From assembly GCA_046349475.1 (NCBI GenBank), contig JAXMCG010000021.1, positions 40 to 64,039 on the forward strand: a stretch of 64,000 bases of DNA. The letters are read 5' to 3'. Made by a program: the position numbers and the translations under genes. The DNA is from Caulobacteraceae bacterium. GTDB lineage: Bacteria > Pseudomonadota > Alphaproteobacteria > Caulobacterales > Caulobacteraceae. Shown piece by piece: positions 30,714 to 39,937 of the stretch. Below the pieces are notes generated by a model. The model worked only from the letters and a program-made list of their open reading frames with translations. It had not been told where the DNA came from and searched no databases. Within the stretch, counting starts at the first letter, position 1; the number at the start of each line of letters is the position of its first letter.

Positions 30714-30781
30714 CAGAAACACCAGTTGCAGGGCCGCTCCGCCGCCCCCATTGATCCGCCACCGCGATGGAGGCGCGTGAC

Positions 30782-31969
30782 ATGGACCTGGCCCTCAGCC
30801 CCGAGGAGATCGCTTTCCGTGACGAGGTGCGCGCCTTCCTGGCCGAAAACCTGACTCCGGAACTGATCGCCGCCGGCCGGGCCCAGACCTCGGTCTTCTC
30901 CAACATCGCCGACAGCCTGCCCTGGCAACGCATCCTCGCCGCCCGGGGTTGGGCCGCTCCGCCCTGGCCCGTCGAATTCGGTGGCCCCGGCTGGAACGAC
31001 ATGCAGCGCTATATCTTCGCCGCCGAGTGCGCGGCGGCCGGCGCTCCCTCCCTCGCCCCTATGGGCCTTCGCATGGTGGCCCCGGTGATCATGCGCTACG
31101 GCTCGGCCGAGCAGAAAGTCACGCTCCTCCCCCGCATCCTCTCGGGCGAGGACTACTGGTGCCAGGGCTATTCCGAGCCCGGTTCCGGCTCCGATCTCGC
31201 CAGCCTCTCCCTGAGAGCCGAGAGCGACGGCGAGGACTACATCCTCAACGGCTCGAAGATCTGGACCACACACGCCCAGTGGGCCACCCATATGTTCGCC
31301 CTCATCCGCACCGACGCCTCGGGCCGCCCGCAGCAGGGCATCACCTTCCTGCTCCTGGAGATGACCCTCCCCGGCATCACCGTCTCGCCGATCATCACCC
31401 TGGCCGGCGATCACGAGGTCAATCAAGTGTTCTTCGAGAACGTCCGCGTCTCGAAGTCCGGCCGCCTCGGCGTCGAGAACGAGGGCTGGACGGTCGCCAA
31501 GGCCCTTCTCGAATTCGAGCGCGGCGGCGGCTCGGCGCCCGGCCTGAAAGTCGCCCTGAAGCGCCTGCGCGGCCTCGCCTCAGACGCGCCGCCCGGAGGC
31601 TCCCCCCTGATCGAGGAGCCGGCCTTCCGCCGCCGCCTCGCCGAGCTCGAGGCCGAGATCGAGGCCATCGAGATCACCGAGCACCGCGTCCTCTCCGCCG
31701 TCACCTCCGGCCAGAGCCCGGGCGCCCTCTCGTCCCTCCTGAAGATCCAGGGCACGGAGGCCATGCAGCGCATCGACGAGCTCTCAATCCTCGCCGCAGC
31801 CCCCTACGCCCTCGTCGACCAGCCCGTCCGCGGTTCCAACGACCCGGTCGGCCCGGCGGCGGCCCTCACCGCCATGCCTCGCTACCTCAACAACCGCGCC
31901 GCCTCGATCTACGGCGGGTCCAATGAGATCCAGCGCAACATCATCGCCCGGGCGATCATTGGCTTCTGA
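30782..31969 (+). CDS. acyl-CoA dehydrogenase
   Basis: WCQGYSEPGSGSDLASL, NGSKIWTT and the C-terminal IYGGSNEIQRNIIA. The ATG at 30782 follows GGAGG. An alternative start is at 30767. Confidence 0.9.
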   Translation: MDLALSPEEIAFRDEVRAFLAENLTPELIAAGRAQTSVFSNIADSLPWQRILAARGWAAPPWPVEFGGPGWNDMQRYIFAAECAAAGAPSLAPMGLRMVAPVIMRYGSAEQKVTLLPRILSGEDYWCQGYSEPGSGSDLASLSLRAESDGEDYILNGSKIWTTHAQWATHMFALIRTDASGRPQQGITFLLLEMTLPGITVSPIITLAGDHEVNQVFFENVRVSKSGRLGVENEGWTVAKALLEFERGGGSAPGLKVALKRLRGLASDAPPGGSPLIEEPAFRRRLAELEAEIEAIEITEHRVLSAVTSGQSPGALSSLLKIQGTEAMQRIDELSILAAAPYALVDQPVRGSNDPVGPAAALTAMPRYLNNRAASIYGGSNEIQRNIIARAIIGF

Positions 31970-31985
31970 ACCCCACAAAACACCG

Positions 31986-32085
31986 TGGCATCCCGGCGAA
32001 CGCCGGGACCCAAGCGGTGCTAGCCCGACCACAAGATCTTCAATCCGAAGCGCCGGCCTGGACCCCGGCCTTCGCCGGGGTGACG
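31986..32085. repeat. diverged copy of the CCCGGCGAA-GCCGGG REP/MITE-like element
   Basis: Left arm TGGCATCCCGGCGAACGCCGGGACCCAAG and right arm CCTGGACCCCGGCCTTCGCCGGGGTGACG are inverted, with the same core as 18894..19020. Confidence 0.65.
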
Positions 32086-32104
32086 TCGGGCCTGCCGGCC
32101 CTCG

Positions 32105-33550
32105 TCAATTCGGCGCCATCGACCCCCGTGGCGCGCCCATCGGCGGCGGCTGGATGGTTCCGGCCTTGATCAGCCCGAACGCCCGCCCGAACAGAGCCGC
32201 ATCGTCCGCCGCCGCACTATAGGCCGGCCAAGAGAAGCCCTCGCAGCTGAGCGCCCGCGTCGCATTGGTCGATTTGAAGAACGCCGTCCAGCAGAGGTTC
32301 AGCCGGCGCGATACGTCCTTGTCGTCGGCGTTCACCCGCGGATCGCCCGCCGACGAAAAGCCCCAGCTGTCGAACACATAGACAATCTCCGCCGAATGCG
32401 GGGCCCCGTTCGGCTGGGCCGGCTTCCGCCACTCCGGCACATAGGCGAAGTTGTAGAGATAGGACGGGGCCGATCCGGCCGCCGCCAACCCTGCGAGCGT
32501 CCGTGCCGCGCCCGCCCCCGGCTCGCCGTTGTTGGAGCCGACCAGGGTCGGCACATCCGCCGCCGTCCCGGCCGCATAGGCGTCCTGCAGGGAGCTCGTG
32601 ACGATCTTGCCGTCGATCACGCCCCGGATGCCGGTCCGCGTCGCCGCATTGGCCACCAGGGCCTCGGCCGGGATCGCGCGCAGCTGGTCGGCCGTGGCAT
32701 TCGCGCCCGGCAGGCCGAGAGCCGTCGCCGCTTCCACGCCCTTGGCTTCACCGGCCGCCAGATCGATGCCGCCGCGCAGGTTCGAGCCGCTCTCGATCAC
32801 CGCCTTGGCGAAGAGCCCACTGGCCGCCGGCGAGGCCAGCAGCTGCGAGACCATCGATCCGCCCGCCGACTGGCCGCCCACCGTCACATTGTTCGCATCC
32901 GCGCCCAGGGCCCGCGCATTGCGCTTCACCCACTTCAGCACCTCGATGGCGTCCATCAGGGCGTAGTTGACCAGGGGCTCGCCGCCGTTGGCCGCCGTCA
33001 GGGCCGGGTGAGCAAAGGCGCCGAACGCGCCGAGCCGGTAGTTCACCGTCACCACGATCACGCCGTTGCGGGCAAAGGCCTCGCCATTGTAGCCGCCCAG
33101 GTGCCCGGCCCCGAGATAGGCCGCCCCGCCATGCAGCCACACAAACACCGGCGCATTGCGCGCATTCTTCGGCACGGTGACATTGATGTAGAGGCAGTCC
33201 TCCGAGGTCGCCCCGGAAACGCCGCCGCCATTGACGCCCGTCGCCGGCACGGGCTGCGGGCACGGCAGGGCGAAATGGGTCGCGTCCCGGTCCCCCGTCC
33301 AATGAGCAGGCTGCTGCGGCATCCGCCAGCGCAGCGGCCCCACGGGCGGCCTCGCATAGGGCACGCCCCTGAAGGTGTTCACCTGGCCATCGGAAAAGCC
33401 CACCAAGGTCCCGGCGTCGATCTTTAGCCTTACCGCCGTCGTCCCGGCGGGCGCACCGCCCGCCCCTTGGGCCGGTTCGGCCCGCGATTCCGTCATGGTC
33501 ATTAGCGCCCCCATCAGCGCCAAAGCGGCGCCCCAGATCCTGATGTTCAA
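32105..33550 (-). CDS. secreted carboxylesterase, type B family
   Basis: GxSxG nucleophile elbow VTVGGQSAGGSMV and oxyanion region VWLHGGAAYLG. Likely TTG start at 33550 after GGGAG, giving signal peptide (M)NIRIWGAALALMGALMTMTESRA. The ORF is open to 33655. Confidence 0.85.
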   Translation of the reverse strand: MNIRIWGAALALMGALMTMTESRAEPAQGAGGAPAGTTAVRLKIDAGTLVGFSDGQVNTFRGVPYARPPVGPLRWRMPQQPAHWTGDRDATHFALPCPQPVPATGVNGGGVSGATSEDCLYINVTVPKNARNAPVFVWLHGGAAYLGAGHLGGYNGEAFARNGVIVVTVNYRLGAFGAFAHPALTAANGGEPLVNYALMDAIEVLKWVKRNARALGADANNVTVGGQSAGGSMVSQLLASPAASGLFAKAVIESGSNLRGGIDLAAGEAKGVEAATALGLPGANATADQLRAIPAEALVANAATRTGIRGVIDGKIVTSSLQDAYAAGTAADVPTLVGSNNGEPGAGAARTLAGLAAAGSAPSYLYNFAYVPEWRKPAQPNGAPHSAEIVYVFDSWGFSSAGDPRVNADDKDVSRRLNLCWTAFFKSTNATRALSCEGFSWPAYSAAADDAALFGRAFGLIKAGTIQPPPMGAPRGSMAPN

Positions 33551-33682
33551 AGCCGTGCTCCCATGCGGGTGTCTCGGACCCGCTTGATCACAGCTTAGCG
33601 GATGCGCGCATTCATGGGCAAGCCTGACTACTAAATGGAAGATGCGAACAGACACATTTGCGCCCTTCGCACTTTCTCGTTG

Positions 33683-33697
33683 TCGAATGTCATTCGA
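33683..33697. promoter_or_regulatory. perfect 7-1-7 palindrome upstream of the P450 gene
   Basis: TCGAATG-T-CATTCGA lies about 46 nt upstream of the ATG at 33743, in a divergent intergenic region. Confidence 0.3.
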
Positions 33698-33742
33698 AGG
33701 TCGCAGGTTGACGCGAGTGTCACTTTTTCACGGAGACCGGCC

Positions 33743-35056
33743 ATGAGCGACGGTGCGATCGATTTGAAGGCTGAAGCGCGCGCCCGCGTCTTCGCCGAGC
33801 CCATCGAAACTCTCAATGTGTCCCAGTCGCAGCTGTTCCAGGACGACGCGCATTGGCCCTACTTCGAGCGCCTGCGCGCCGAAGACCCGGTGCACTGGGT
33901 CCCGGCCAGCGACTTCGAGCCCCACTGGGACGTCACCCGCTATAACGACATCATGGAAGTCGACACCAATCACAAGGTGTTCTCCTCCGAGGGCGGCATC
34001 AGCCTTGGCCCGTCCGAAGAAATGATCGCCAAGATGGTCGCCTCCGGCGCCCAGATGACCGGCGGCCCGTTCGGCGGCCCTACCGGCGGCCCGACGATGT
34101 TCATCGCCATGGACCCGCCAAAGCATGACGAGCAGCGCAAGACCGTCAGCCCGGCCGTCTCGCCGCACAACCTGGCGATCCTTGAGCCCCTGATTCGTGA
34201 ACGCGCGGGCCAAATCCTCGACAGCCTGCCCATCGGCCAGCCCTTCGACTGGGTCGACAAGGTGTCCATGGAACTGACGGCGATGACGCTGGCCACCCTC
34301 TTCGGCATGCCGCAGGAGGATCGCCGCAAGCTGACGCGTTGGTCGGACATCGTCATGGCCCGTCCTGGCCAGGGCTTGATCGACACCTGGGAGCAGAAGC
34401 GCCAGGAAATGGGCGAATATGCCAGCTACTTCCTGAACCTCTGGCAGCAGCGCAAGGCCGCTGAGCCGGCGGGCGACCTGGTGTCCCTGTTGGCCCATGG
34501 CGAGGCCACGAAGGACATGAACCAGTTCGAATACCTGGGGAACATCATCCTTCTGACGATCGGCGGCAACGACACCACCCGCAACACGATCTCGGGGTCG
34601 GTCTACGCCCTCAACAAGTTCCCCGATCAGTACGCCAAGCTGCGCGCCAATCCGGACCTCATCCCCTCGATGGTTTCCGAAACCATCCGCTGGCAGACGC
34701 CGCTGGCGCATATGAAGCGTACGGCCACCGAGGACTATGAACTGGGTGGCAAGACCATCAAAAAGGGCGACGCCGTGGTCATGTGGTACGTCTCGGGCAA
34801 CCGCGACGACTCCAAGATCGAGCGGCCGAATGAGTACATCATCGACCGGGCCCGGCCGCGCGAGCACCTCTCCTTCGGCTTCGGCATCCACCGCTGCGTC
34901 GGCAACCGCGTCGCCGAACTGCAGTTGCGGATCATTTGGGAAGAAATCCTCAAGCGCTTCCCCGACATCCAGGTCCTGGAAGAACCCCAGCGAGTCTTCT
35001 CGACTTTCGTGAAGGGCTACGCCTCCATGCAGGTGATCATCCCCTCCAAGAACTAG
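33743..35056 (+). CDS. cytochrome P450, CYP153 (terminal alkane/alkyl hydroxylase) family
   Basis: MFIAMDPPKHDEQRKTVSP, LTRWSD, GGNDTTRN, IRWQTPLAHMKRTA and the heme loop HLSFGFGIHRCVGNRVAELQL. Very close to CYP153A sequences as I remember them. Confidence 0.93.
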   Translation: MSDGAIDLKAEARARVFAEPIETLNVSQSQLFQDDAHWPYFERLRAEDPVHWVPASDFEPHWDVTRYNDIMEVDTNHKVFSSEGGISLGPSEEMIAKMVASGAQMTGGPFGGPTGGPTMFIAMDPPKHDEQRKTVSPAVSPHNLAILEPLIRERAGQILDSLPIGQPFDWVDKVSMELTAMTLATLFGMPQEDRRKLTRWSDIVMARPGQGLIDTWEQKRQEMGEYASYFLNLWQQRKAAEPAGDLVSLLAHGEATKDMNQFEYLGNIILLTIGGNDTTRNTISGSVYALNKFPDQYAKLRANPDLIPSMVSETIRWQTPLAHMKRTATEDYELGGKTIKKGDAVVMWYVSGNRDDSKIERPNEYIIDRARPREHLSFGFGIHRCVGNRVAELQLRIIWEEILKRFPDIQVLEEPQRVFSTFVKGYASMQVIIPSKN

Positions 35057-35066
35057 ATCTCAGAGC

Positions 35067-35100
35067 GGGGACGTAGGCAGGCCTGCGTCCCCATTCTTTT
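35067..35100 (+). terminator. rho-independent terminator of the P450 gene
   Basis: GGGGACG-(loop)-CGTCCCC hairpin followed by ATTCTTTT, 11 nt after the stop. Confidence 0.7.
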
Positions 35101-35240
35101 GGGCGAGGGGTTCCCTTTTCGCGAAACCCTGCTAGCCTGTGCGCTCGCTCTCGGGCGAGGACACGCCGATCCCACCGTAAATACGGTCGAAATACGGTGT
35201 CAGCAGCTGGCAGCAGGGTGCGTTTCTAAAAACGACGCAT

Positions 35241-36398
35241 TCACGAAACCCGAGCCTCCAGCAGTCCTTCGTGCTGGGCGATCGTGTCCGGGTTCTCCGG
35301 GTCAAGCCGCTTGAACAGCGCCTCATTCCTGGACTTGTAAGCGTCCAGCTCAATGTCATGGCGGTCGACGGCCGCGAGCAGGGCGCGGCCTCCATCCTCG
35401 GCGTCGAAATCGCCGAAATAATAGCCGTGGCCCTTCAGAAAGCTGGAATTGTGGATCAGCGGGTAGCCGCCCCTCAGCACCTCATAATAAAGATAATTCA
35501 AGGCGTTCTCCCACTGGTGGGTCACCACGGCGTCGCAGTGGTTGGCCAGGAATTCCGCCGAGTTGAACCTCGGCTCCAGGGTCATGATCCCGGCCTGGAC
35601 CGATTTCAGGCAGAGGGTGAAACTCTTGAAGTGGGCGTTTTCCCGGTGAGGCCAGCCATTGGTGATATACATCGCCTTGAACGCGCCCGCCCGCGCCCGG
35701 TAGGCCGCTTCGCACACCAGCATGGGCAGGTGGCTGGTCTTCATCACGGTGATGTTCGGGTCCAGCGCCCCCACGCGCCAGGTCTTCGGTCCGGGCTTGT
35801 AGCCAAAGGTCGCCTTGGCCGCTGTCCTGTCGATGAAGAGCGGACTCCAAATCTGCGGCGCCTCCAACACGGGGCAGCGGTACAGGGTCTCGCACCAGCC
35901 CTTGTAGGTGTGGATGTGCTGCGGCGTCATCCAGATCTGGTCGAAGTAGTCGATGTCGAAATAGCGCTCGGCATCGGCGCGGGGCGGCTTGGCGATGATC
36001 GCCTCCATCGAGATCACCGCCCCGTTGCCGCCCTTATAGTTGATCATCCGGCACCCCCTGGCGCGCAGGGCCATGGCGGTCTCACGATCCAGGGCCGCGC
36101 CCAGGGAAATTACATAGTCCAGCTGGTCCAGCACCTTGGGCGTACGCAGGATGTCGGCAGCCTCGACTCCGAGGTCCGAGACATCCTCGACGGGCTCCCC
36201 ATCTCCATGATTGAGCAGGAACACGCGCGCGCAATTCGGTGAGGCTTTGAACAACCGGTAGAGAAAGACGACGTTCTGGCGCAGGCCGTTTTCATAAAGC
36301 CCCAAAGTGCCGTCGCCCTTGACGAAGATGGTGATCCCCACCGTGTAGCCACGTGGGGGCGCGCCGGGGCTTGGCGTTCTCCGTAGCGGCGCATTCAT
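35241..36398 (-). CDS. glycosyltransferase-like protein of unknown function, paralogue 1 (DUF2827-like?)
   Basis: 385 aa and paralogous to 36967..38076. Block DAVVTHQWENALNYLYYEVLRGGYPLIHNS resembles a GT-B C-terminal E-x8-E/G.PLI motif. ATGA overlap with the upstream gene. Confidence 0.7.
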   Translation of the reverse strand: MNAPLRRTPSPGAPPRGYTVGITIFVKGDGTLGLYENGLRQNVVFLYRLFKASPNCARVFLLNHGDGEPVEDVSDLGVEAADILRTPKVLDQLDYVISLGAALDRETAMALRARGCRMINYKGGNGAVISMEAIIAKPPRADAERYFDIDYFDQIWMTPQHIHTYKGWCETLYRCPVLEAPQIWSPLFIDRTAAKATFGYKPGPKTWRVGALDPNITVMKTSHLPMLVCEAAYRARAGAFKAMYITNGWPHRENAHFKSFTLCLKSVQAGIMTLEPRFNSAEFLANHCDAVVTHQWENALNYLYYEVLRGGYPLIHNSSFLKGHGYYFGDFDAEDGGRALLAAVDRHDIELDAYKSRNEALFKRLDPENPDTIAQHEGLLEARVS

Positions 36399-36970
36399 CG
36401 GAAGAGCTCCTTTTTGACCGAGATGCAGCCTGTTCCAGCCGGGGTCAGATAGAGCTGAAGTCCAGGATTGAGCTCGGAGATGCGCACATCGCGCATCAAG
36501 GTGCGCTCAGCCGCGAAGTTGGCGAATACCGTGGCCTTGAGGCGGTCGCACGGCGTTGGCCACCAGATGGTCTGCTGATACATGCCCGAGCAGTCCGGCG
36601 TGACCATCAGGCTGGAGAGCCGAGTGCGCCCGGAGGGATCACCGCTCTCAATGACAAACACCACCGGCCAGCGGTTGGCGTCCGGTCCAAGAGGTTGCGC
36701 CGTGAACTTGGCCGGCTGCCCCTCGATCAGGAAATCCGCCGCCCGCTGAACTGCGGGAGCGCAGGCGTTCATGCGCAGCTGGCGAAGCGTATTGGCGATG
36801 TCCTGCGAGGCAGTGGTGCTCATGCCGCCGGAGACACCGCCGGCGGGAGAGCCGGATCGCGTGGCCGGCGGCGACGGCGTATAGGCCGGCGGGCGGGGGG
36901 CCGGCCGGGGCTGGGCGAGGGCTGGGCTCGCCAGGCAAAGGGCGGCCGCGAGGGCGAGAATCCGTCTCAT
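36395..36970 (-). CDS. small secreted protein (signal peptide, Pro-rich linker, 4 Cys), unknown function
   Basis: MRRILALAAALCLASPALAQ signal. ATGA overlaps at both ends (36967-36970 and 36395-36398). Confidence 0.7.
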   Translation of the reverse strand: MRRILALAAALCLASPALAQPRPAPRPPAYTPSPPATRSGSPAGGVSGGMSTTASQDIANTLRQLRMNACAPAVQRAADFLIEGQPAKFTAQPLGPDANRWPVVFVIESGDPSGRTRLSSLMVTPDCSGMYQQTIWWPTPCDRLKATVFANFAAERTLMRDVRISELNPGLQLYLTPAGTGCISVKKELFR

Positions 36971-38076
36971 GCCGCCATCGCGCTGTCGAGCAGCGCGGCA
37001 TGCCGGCGCTGCACTTGGGGATTGTCGATATTGAAGCGCCAGAGGAGGTCGAACACCGCCTCCCTTTGGGCGTCGCGCCGGGCGGCATGGCCCTCCAGGG
37101 CGTCCTTCAGAACGGCCCCACCCTTCTGCGGATCGAAAGCCGGATAGTAATAGCCAACCTCCTCAAAGGCTTCGGAATTGTGGATCAGCGGCCAACCCAG
37201 ATAGAGGGCGTCCCAGTAGAGGTAGTTCAGCTCATTCTCCCACTGGTGGGTCACCACGGCGTCGATGTGCGTTCCAAGGACCTGGGCCAGCGGAAAGCGC
37301 CCCTCGGCGAACACCCGCTTCTGGCGGCCTAGATCCGTTGCCGCGCAGAACTCCTCGAAATGCGTCGTGCCGATCAGCTGCGAGGCGGAGAACAGCAGCA
37401 CCCGGTCGATCAGGCCCTCCCGCGCCCTGTGGGCCTCTTCGCAGACCAGGAGGGGCAGGTGGAAGGTCTTCAGGACATTGATGTTGGGATCGAAAACCCC
37501 GATCCGCCACGCTCCTTCCGGCGGCCTCCAGAAGGCGTTCACCTTCGACATCTGAGCCGATTGCGTCAGGCACATCGGGTGCCAGACATGGGGGGCCATT
37601 TCGACGTTGGGGCTGCGCGTCATGGCCGCGTAAGATCTGTTCATCCGCCAGTGTTGAGGGGTGATCCAGCAGGCGTCGCAGCCCACCTCGCTGATGTGCT
37701 CTCCATGGCGAACGTCGCTGGCGAGATCTTCGAAGTTCATGGCGAGGGTGTTGCCGGCCATGTAGGAAATCAGCTTTCCGCCGCGAGCGCGGAAGAGCCG
37801 CATCAGGTTCGCATCGGCCCGCACTCCCAGCTCGATGATCACATCGAGGGCTCCCGCCGCCTCGTTCACCTGCAGCGTTGGCAGCCCGAACAGATCCCCC
37901 AGGGGGTTCGGCTTGTCCGTGGCCGGGCAGTTGACGATCGCGGCCAACTCCACCTCCGGCAGGCGCTGCAACAACATCCCGAGATAGACAATGTTCTGGG
38001 CTATGCCGCTGGACCAGAGGGCGGCGAAGGCGTCCACGTCCGCCTGGGCGGTGATTCCGACTTTCAGCCGCTTCAT
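36967..38076 (-). CDS. glycosyltransferase-like protein of unknown function, paralogue 2 (DUF2827-like?)
   Basis: The ATG at 38076 (MKRLKVGITA...) follows GAAGGGGA and aligns with paralogue 1 (YTVGITIF...). Shared block DAVVTHQWENELNYLYWDALYLGWPLIHNS. The ORF is open to 38202. Confidence 0.7.
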   Translation of the reverse strand: MKRLKVGITAQADVDAFAALWSSGIAQNIVYLGMLLQRLPEVELAAIVNCPATDKPNPLGDLFGLPTLQVNEAAGALDVIIELGVRADANLMRLFRARGGKLISYMAGNTLAMNFEDLASDVRHGEHISEVGCDACWITPQHWRMNRSYAAMTRSPNVEMAPHVWHPMCLTQSAQMSKVNAFWRPPEGAWRIGVFDPNINVLKTFHLPLLVCEEAHRAREGLIDRVLLFSASQLIGTTHFEEFCAATDLGRQKRVFAEGRFPLAQVLGTHIDAVVTHQWENELNYLYWDALYLGWPLIHNSEAFEEVGYYYPAFDPQKGGAVLKDALEGHAARRDAQREAVFDLLWRFNIDNPQVQRRHAALLDSAMAA

Positions 38077-38095
38077 GGCATCCCCTTCTCGCGTC

Positions 38096-38129
38096 GAAAC
38101 GGCGCCCGCTCCTTTCGGAGCAGGCGCCG
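38096..38129 (-). terminator. hairpin/attenuator between the adhesin gene and the downstream genes
   Basis: On the minus strand CGGCGCCUGCUCC-GAAA-GGAGCGGGCGCCG forms a 13-bp stem with one G.U and a GNRA loop. Only UUU follows, so it is probably a partial terminator. Confidence 0.45.
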
Positions 38130-38158
38130 CCCGGACCGTCTCTAGACGGGTGTTGGGC

Positions 38159-39937
38159 CTACCACTTGAACCCGAGGCCGGCAGACCCGCCCCATCCGTC
38201 ATTCGAGGCGCCGACGCCGATCCCGAAGACCATGCCCTCGGTCCAGCGCGCCTCGTACCTGACGGAGAAAGCGCTCTGGCTTTCGAAAGTTCCCACCCCG
38301 ACGGCGATCCCCTGTTCTCCAGGCGCCAGCGGCAGAGAGACGGAGCTCATCGCCAGGCCGAGCGCGACCCCGCCATAGGCCTTCTCGACCTGGGCGACAT
38401 TGGCGCCGTCGGTGGGATCAATGCCCTCGGCGACATTGACCAGACGCCGCTCGGACCCCGGCGCCCCGAAGGAGACCACGTTCGGCGCATTGGCCGCCGA
38501 CCCGGCGCCGATCGCCACCGAGTTGGAGCCACTGGCGCCGACCGAGGCATTGTAGCCGATAGCCGTGGCGTTCACCGCGGAGGCGCTGATCGTCGAGCCG
38601 GCGCCCACCGCCGTGCCGCCGTCCGCCCCGACATGGGCATTGGCGCCGACCGCGGTATCGTTCGGGCCGGCCGCGAACGCGTTGGTGCCGACCGCCACGG
38701 ATCCGGCGCCTTGGGCCCGGGCGTTGGCCCCGACCGCCGTCGCGCCCGCCACAGCCGATGCACCAAGCCCGACGTTCAGACCATTGGTCGGCTGGGGGAT
38801 CGCCCCAATCGACGCGAACCGCGCGTCCACCGAGGTGGAGAGGGTCGAAAGGCTCGAGTTGGTGCTGGAGAGTGAGGAAGAGACGTTGGTCAGGCTGGTC
38901 GATGTATTGGCCAGATTGGAATTCGTCGTCGACAAGGATGAGGAGACATTGGCGACGTTCGAGTTCGTGCTCGAGAGGCTCGTCGACACATTGGCCAGGT
39001 TGGAGTTGGTCGTCGACAGCGACGTCGAGACGTTGCCAAGGCTGGCGTTGGTGTTGCCGAGGTTCGAATTGGTCGTCGAGAGGCTCGATGACAGGTTCAC
39101 GTAGTTCGAGTTCGTCGTCGACAAGGACGTCGAGAACCCGGTCAGGCTGGTGGAGATGTTGGCCTGGGTCGAGTTCGTCGTGGACAGCGACGACGACAGG
39201 TTCACGACGTTGGAATTGGTCGAGGACAGGCTCGAGGATAGCCCGGAAATCCCGCTCGAGAGCGAGGTCGAGACGTTGGCCAAGTTGGAGTTGGTCGTCG
39301 ACAGACTCGTCGAGACATTGGTCAGGTTCGAATTGGTCGTCGAAATCGAGGACGAAACGTCTGACAGGCCCGTCGACAGAGACGTCGAGACGCTCGCCAG
39401 GTTCGAGTTCGTCGTCGAGATCGAGGACGACACGTCTGACAGACCGGTCGACAGGGACGTCGAGACATTGGTCAGGTTGGAATTCGTCGTCGAAAGCGAT
39501 GTCGAAACGCCGGTCAGGCTCGTGGAGATATTGTCCTGAGTGGACAGACCGGTCGACAGCGAGGTCGAGACATTCACCAAGCTGCCGGAGATGTTGACCT
39601 GTGAGGTCGACACGTTGGTCAGGGTGGAGTCGGTCGACGACAGCGACGTTGAGATGTTCGCCTGCGTCGAGAGTCCCGTCGAAAGGCTGGTCGAGATATT
39701 GGCCTGATTGGAGTTGGTCGAGGACAGGCTCGAGGAGACGTTCGTCAGATTGGAATTGGTCGTCGAGAGCGAGGTTGAGACACCCGTCAGGCTCGTGGAG
39801 ACGTTACCCAGAAGCCAAGCTGGTCGATTGGCCGGCCAACGAAGTCGACTGACCTGCCAGGCTCGTCGAGTTGTTCGCGGTGCTGGTAGAGACATTGTCG
39901 AGGCTGGAATTTGTGGACGACAACGAGGTCGAGACAC
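38159..39937 (-). CDS. TAA C-terminal fragment (repeat stalk, YadA-like head/neck, beta-barrel anchor)
   Basis: Genuine adhesin sequence begins about 39808 (GNVSTSLTGVS...). Head repeats NSVAIGAGSAA, neck VVSFG..ERRLVNVAEGIDPTDGANVAQ, and anchor GVALGLAMSS...GIAVGVGTF..QSAFSV...GLGFKW. The first 43 or so codons of the track ORF are out-of-frame read-through. Confidence 0.85.
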   Translation of the reverse strand: MSRPRCRPQIPASTMSLPAPRTTRRAWQVSRLRWPANRPAWLLGNVSTSLTGVSTSLSTTNSNLTNVSSSLSSTNSNQANISTSLSTGLSTQANISTSLSSTDSTLTNVSTSQVNISGSLVNVSTSLSTGLSTQDNISTSLTGVSTSLSTTNSNLTNVSTSLSTGLSDVSSSISTTNSNLASVSTSLSTGLSDVSSSISTTNSNLTNVSTSLSTTNSNLANVSTSLSSGISGLSSSLSSTNSNVVNLSSSLSTTNSTQANISTSLTGFSTSLSTTNSNYVNLSSSLSTTNSNLGNTNASLGNVSTSLSTTNSNLANVSTSLSSTNSNVANVSSSLSTTNSNLANTSTSLTNVSSSLSSTNSSLSTLSTSVDARFASIGAIPQPTNGLNVGLGASAVAGATAVGANARAQGAGSVAVGTNAFAAGPNDTAVGANAHVGADGGTAVGAGSTISASAVNATAIGYNASVGASGSNSVAIGAGSAANAPNVVSFGAPGSERRLVNVAEGIDPTDGANVAQVEKAYGGVALGLAMSSVSLPLAPGEQGIAVGVGTFESQSAFSVRYEARWTEGMVFGIGVGASNDGWGGSAGLGFKW

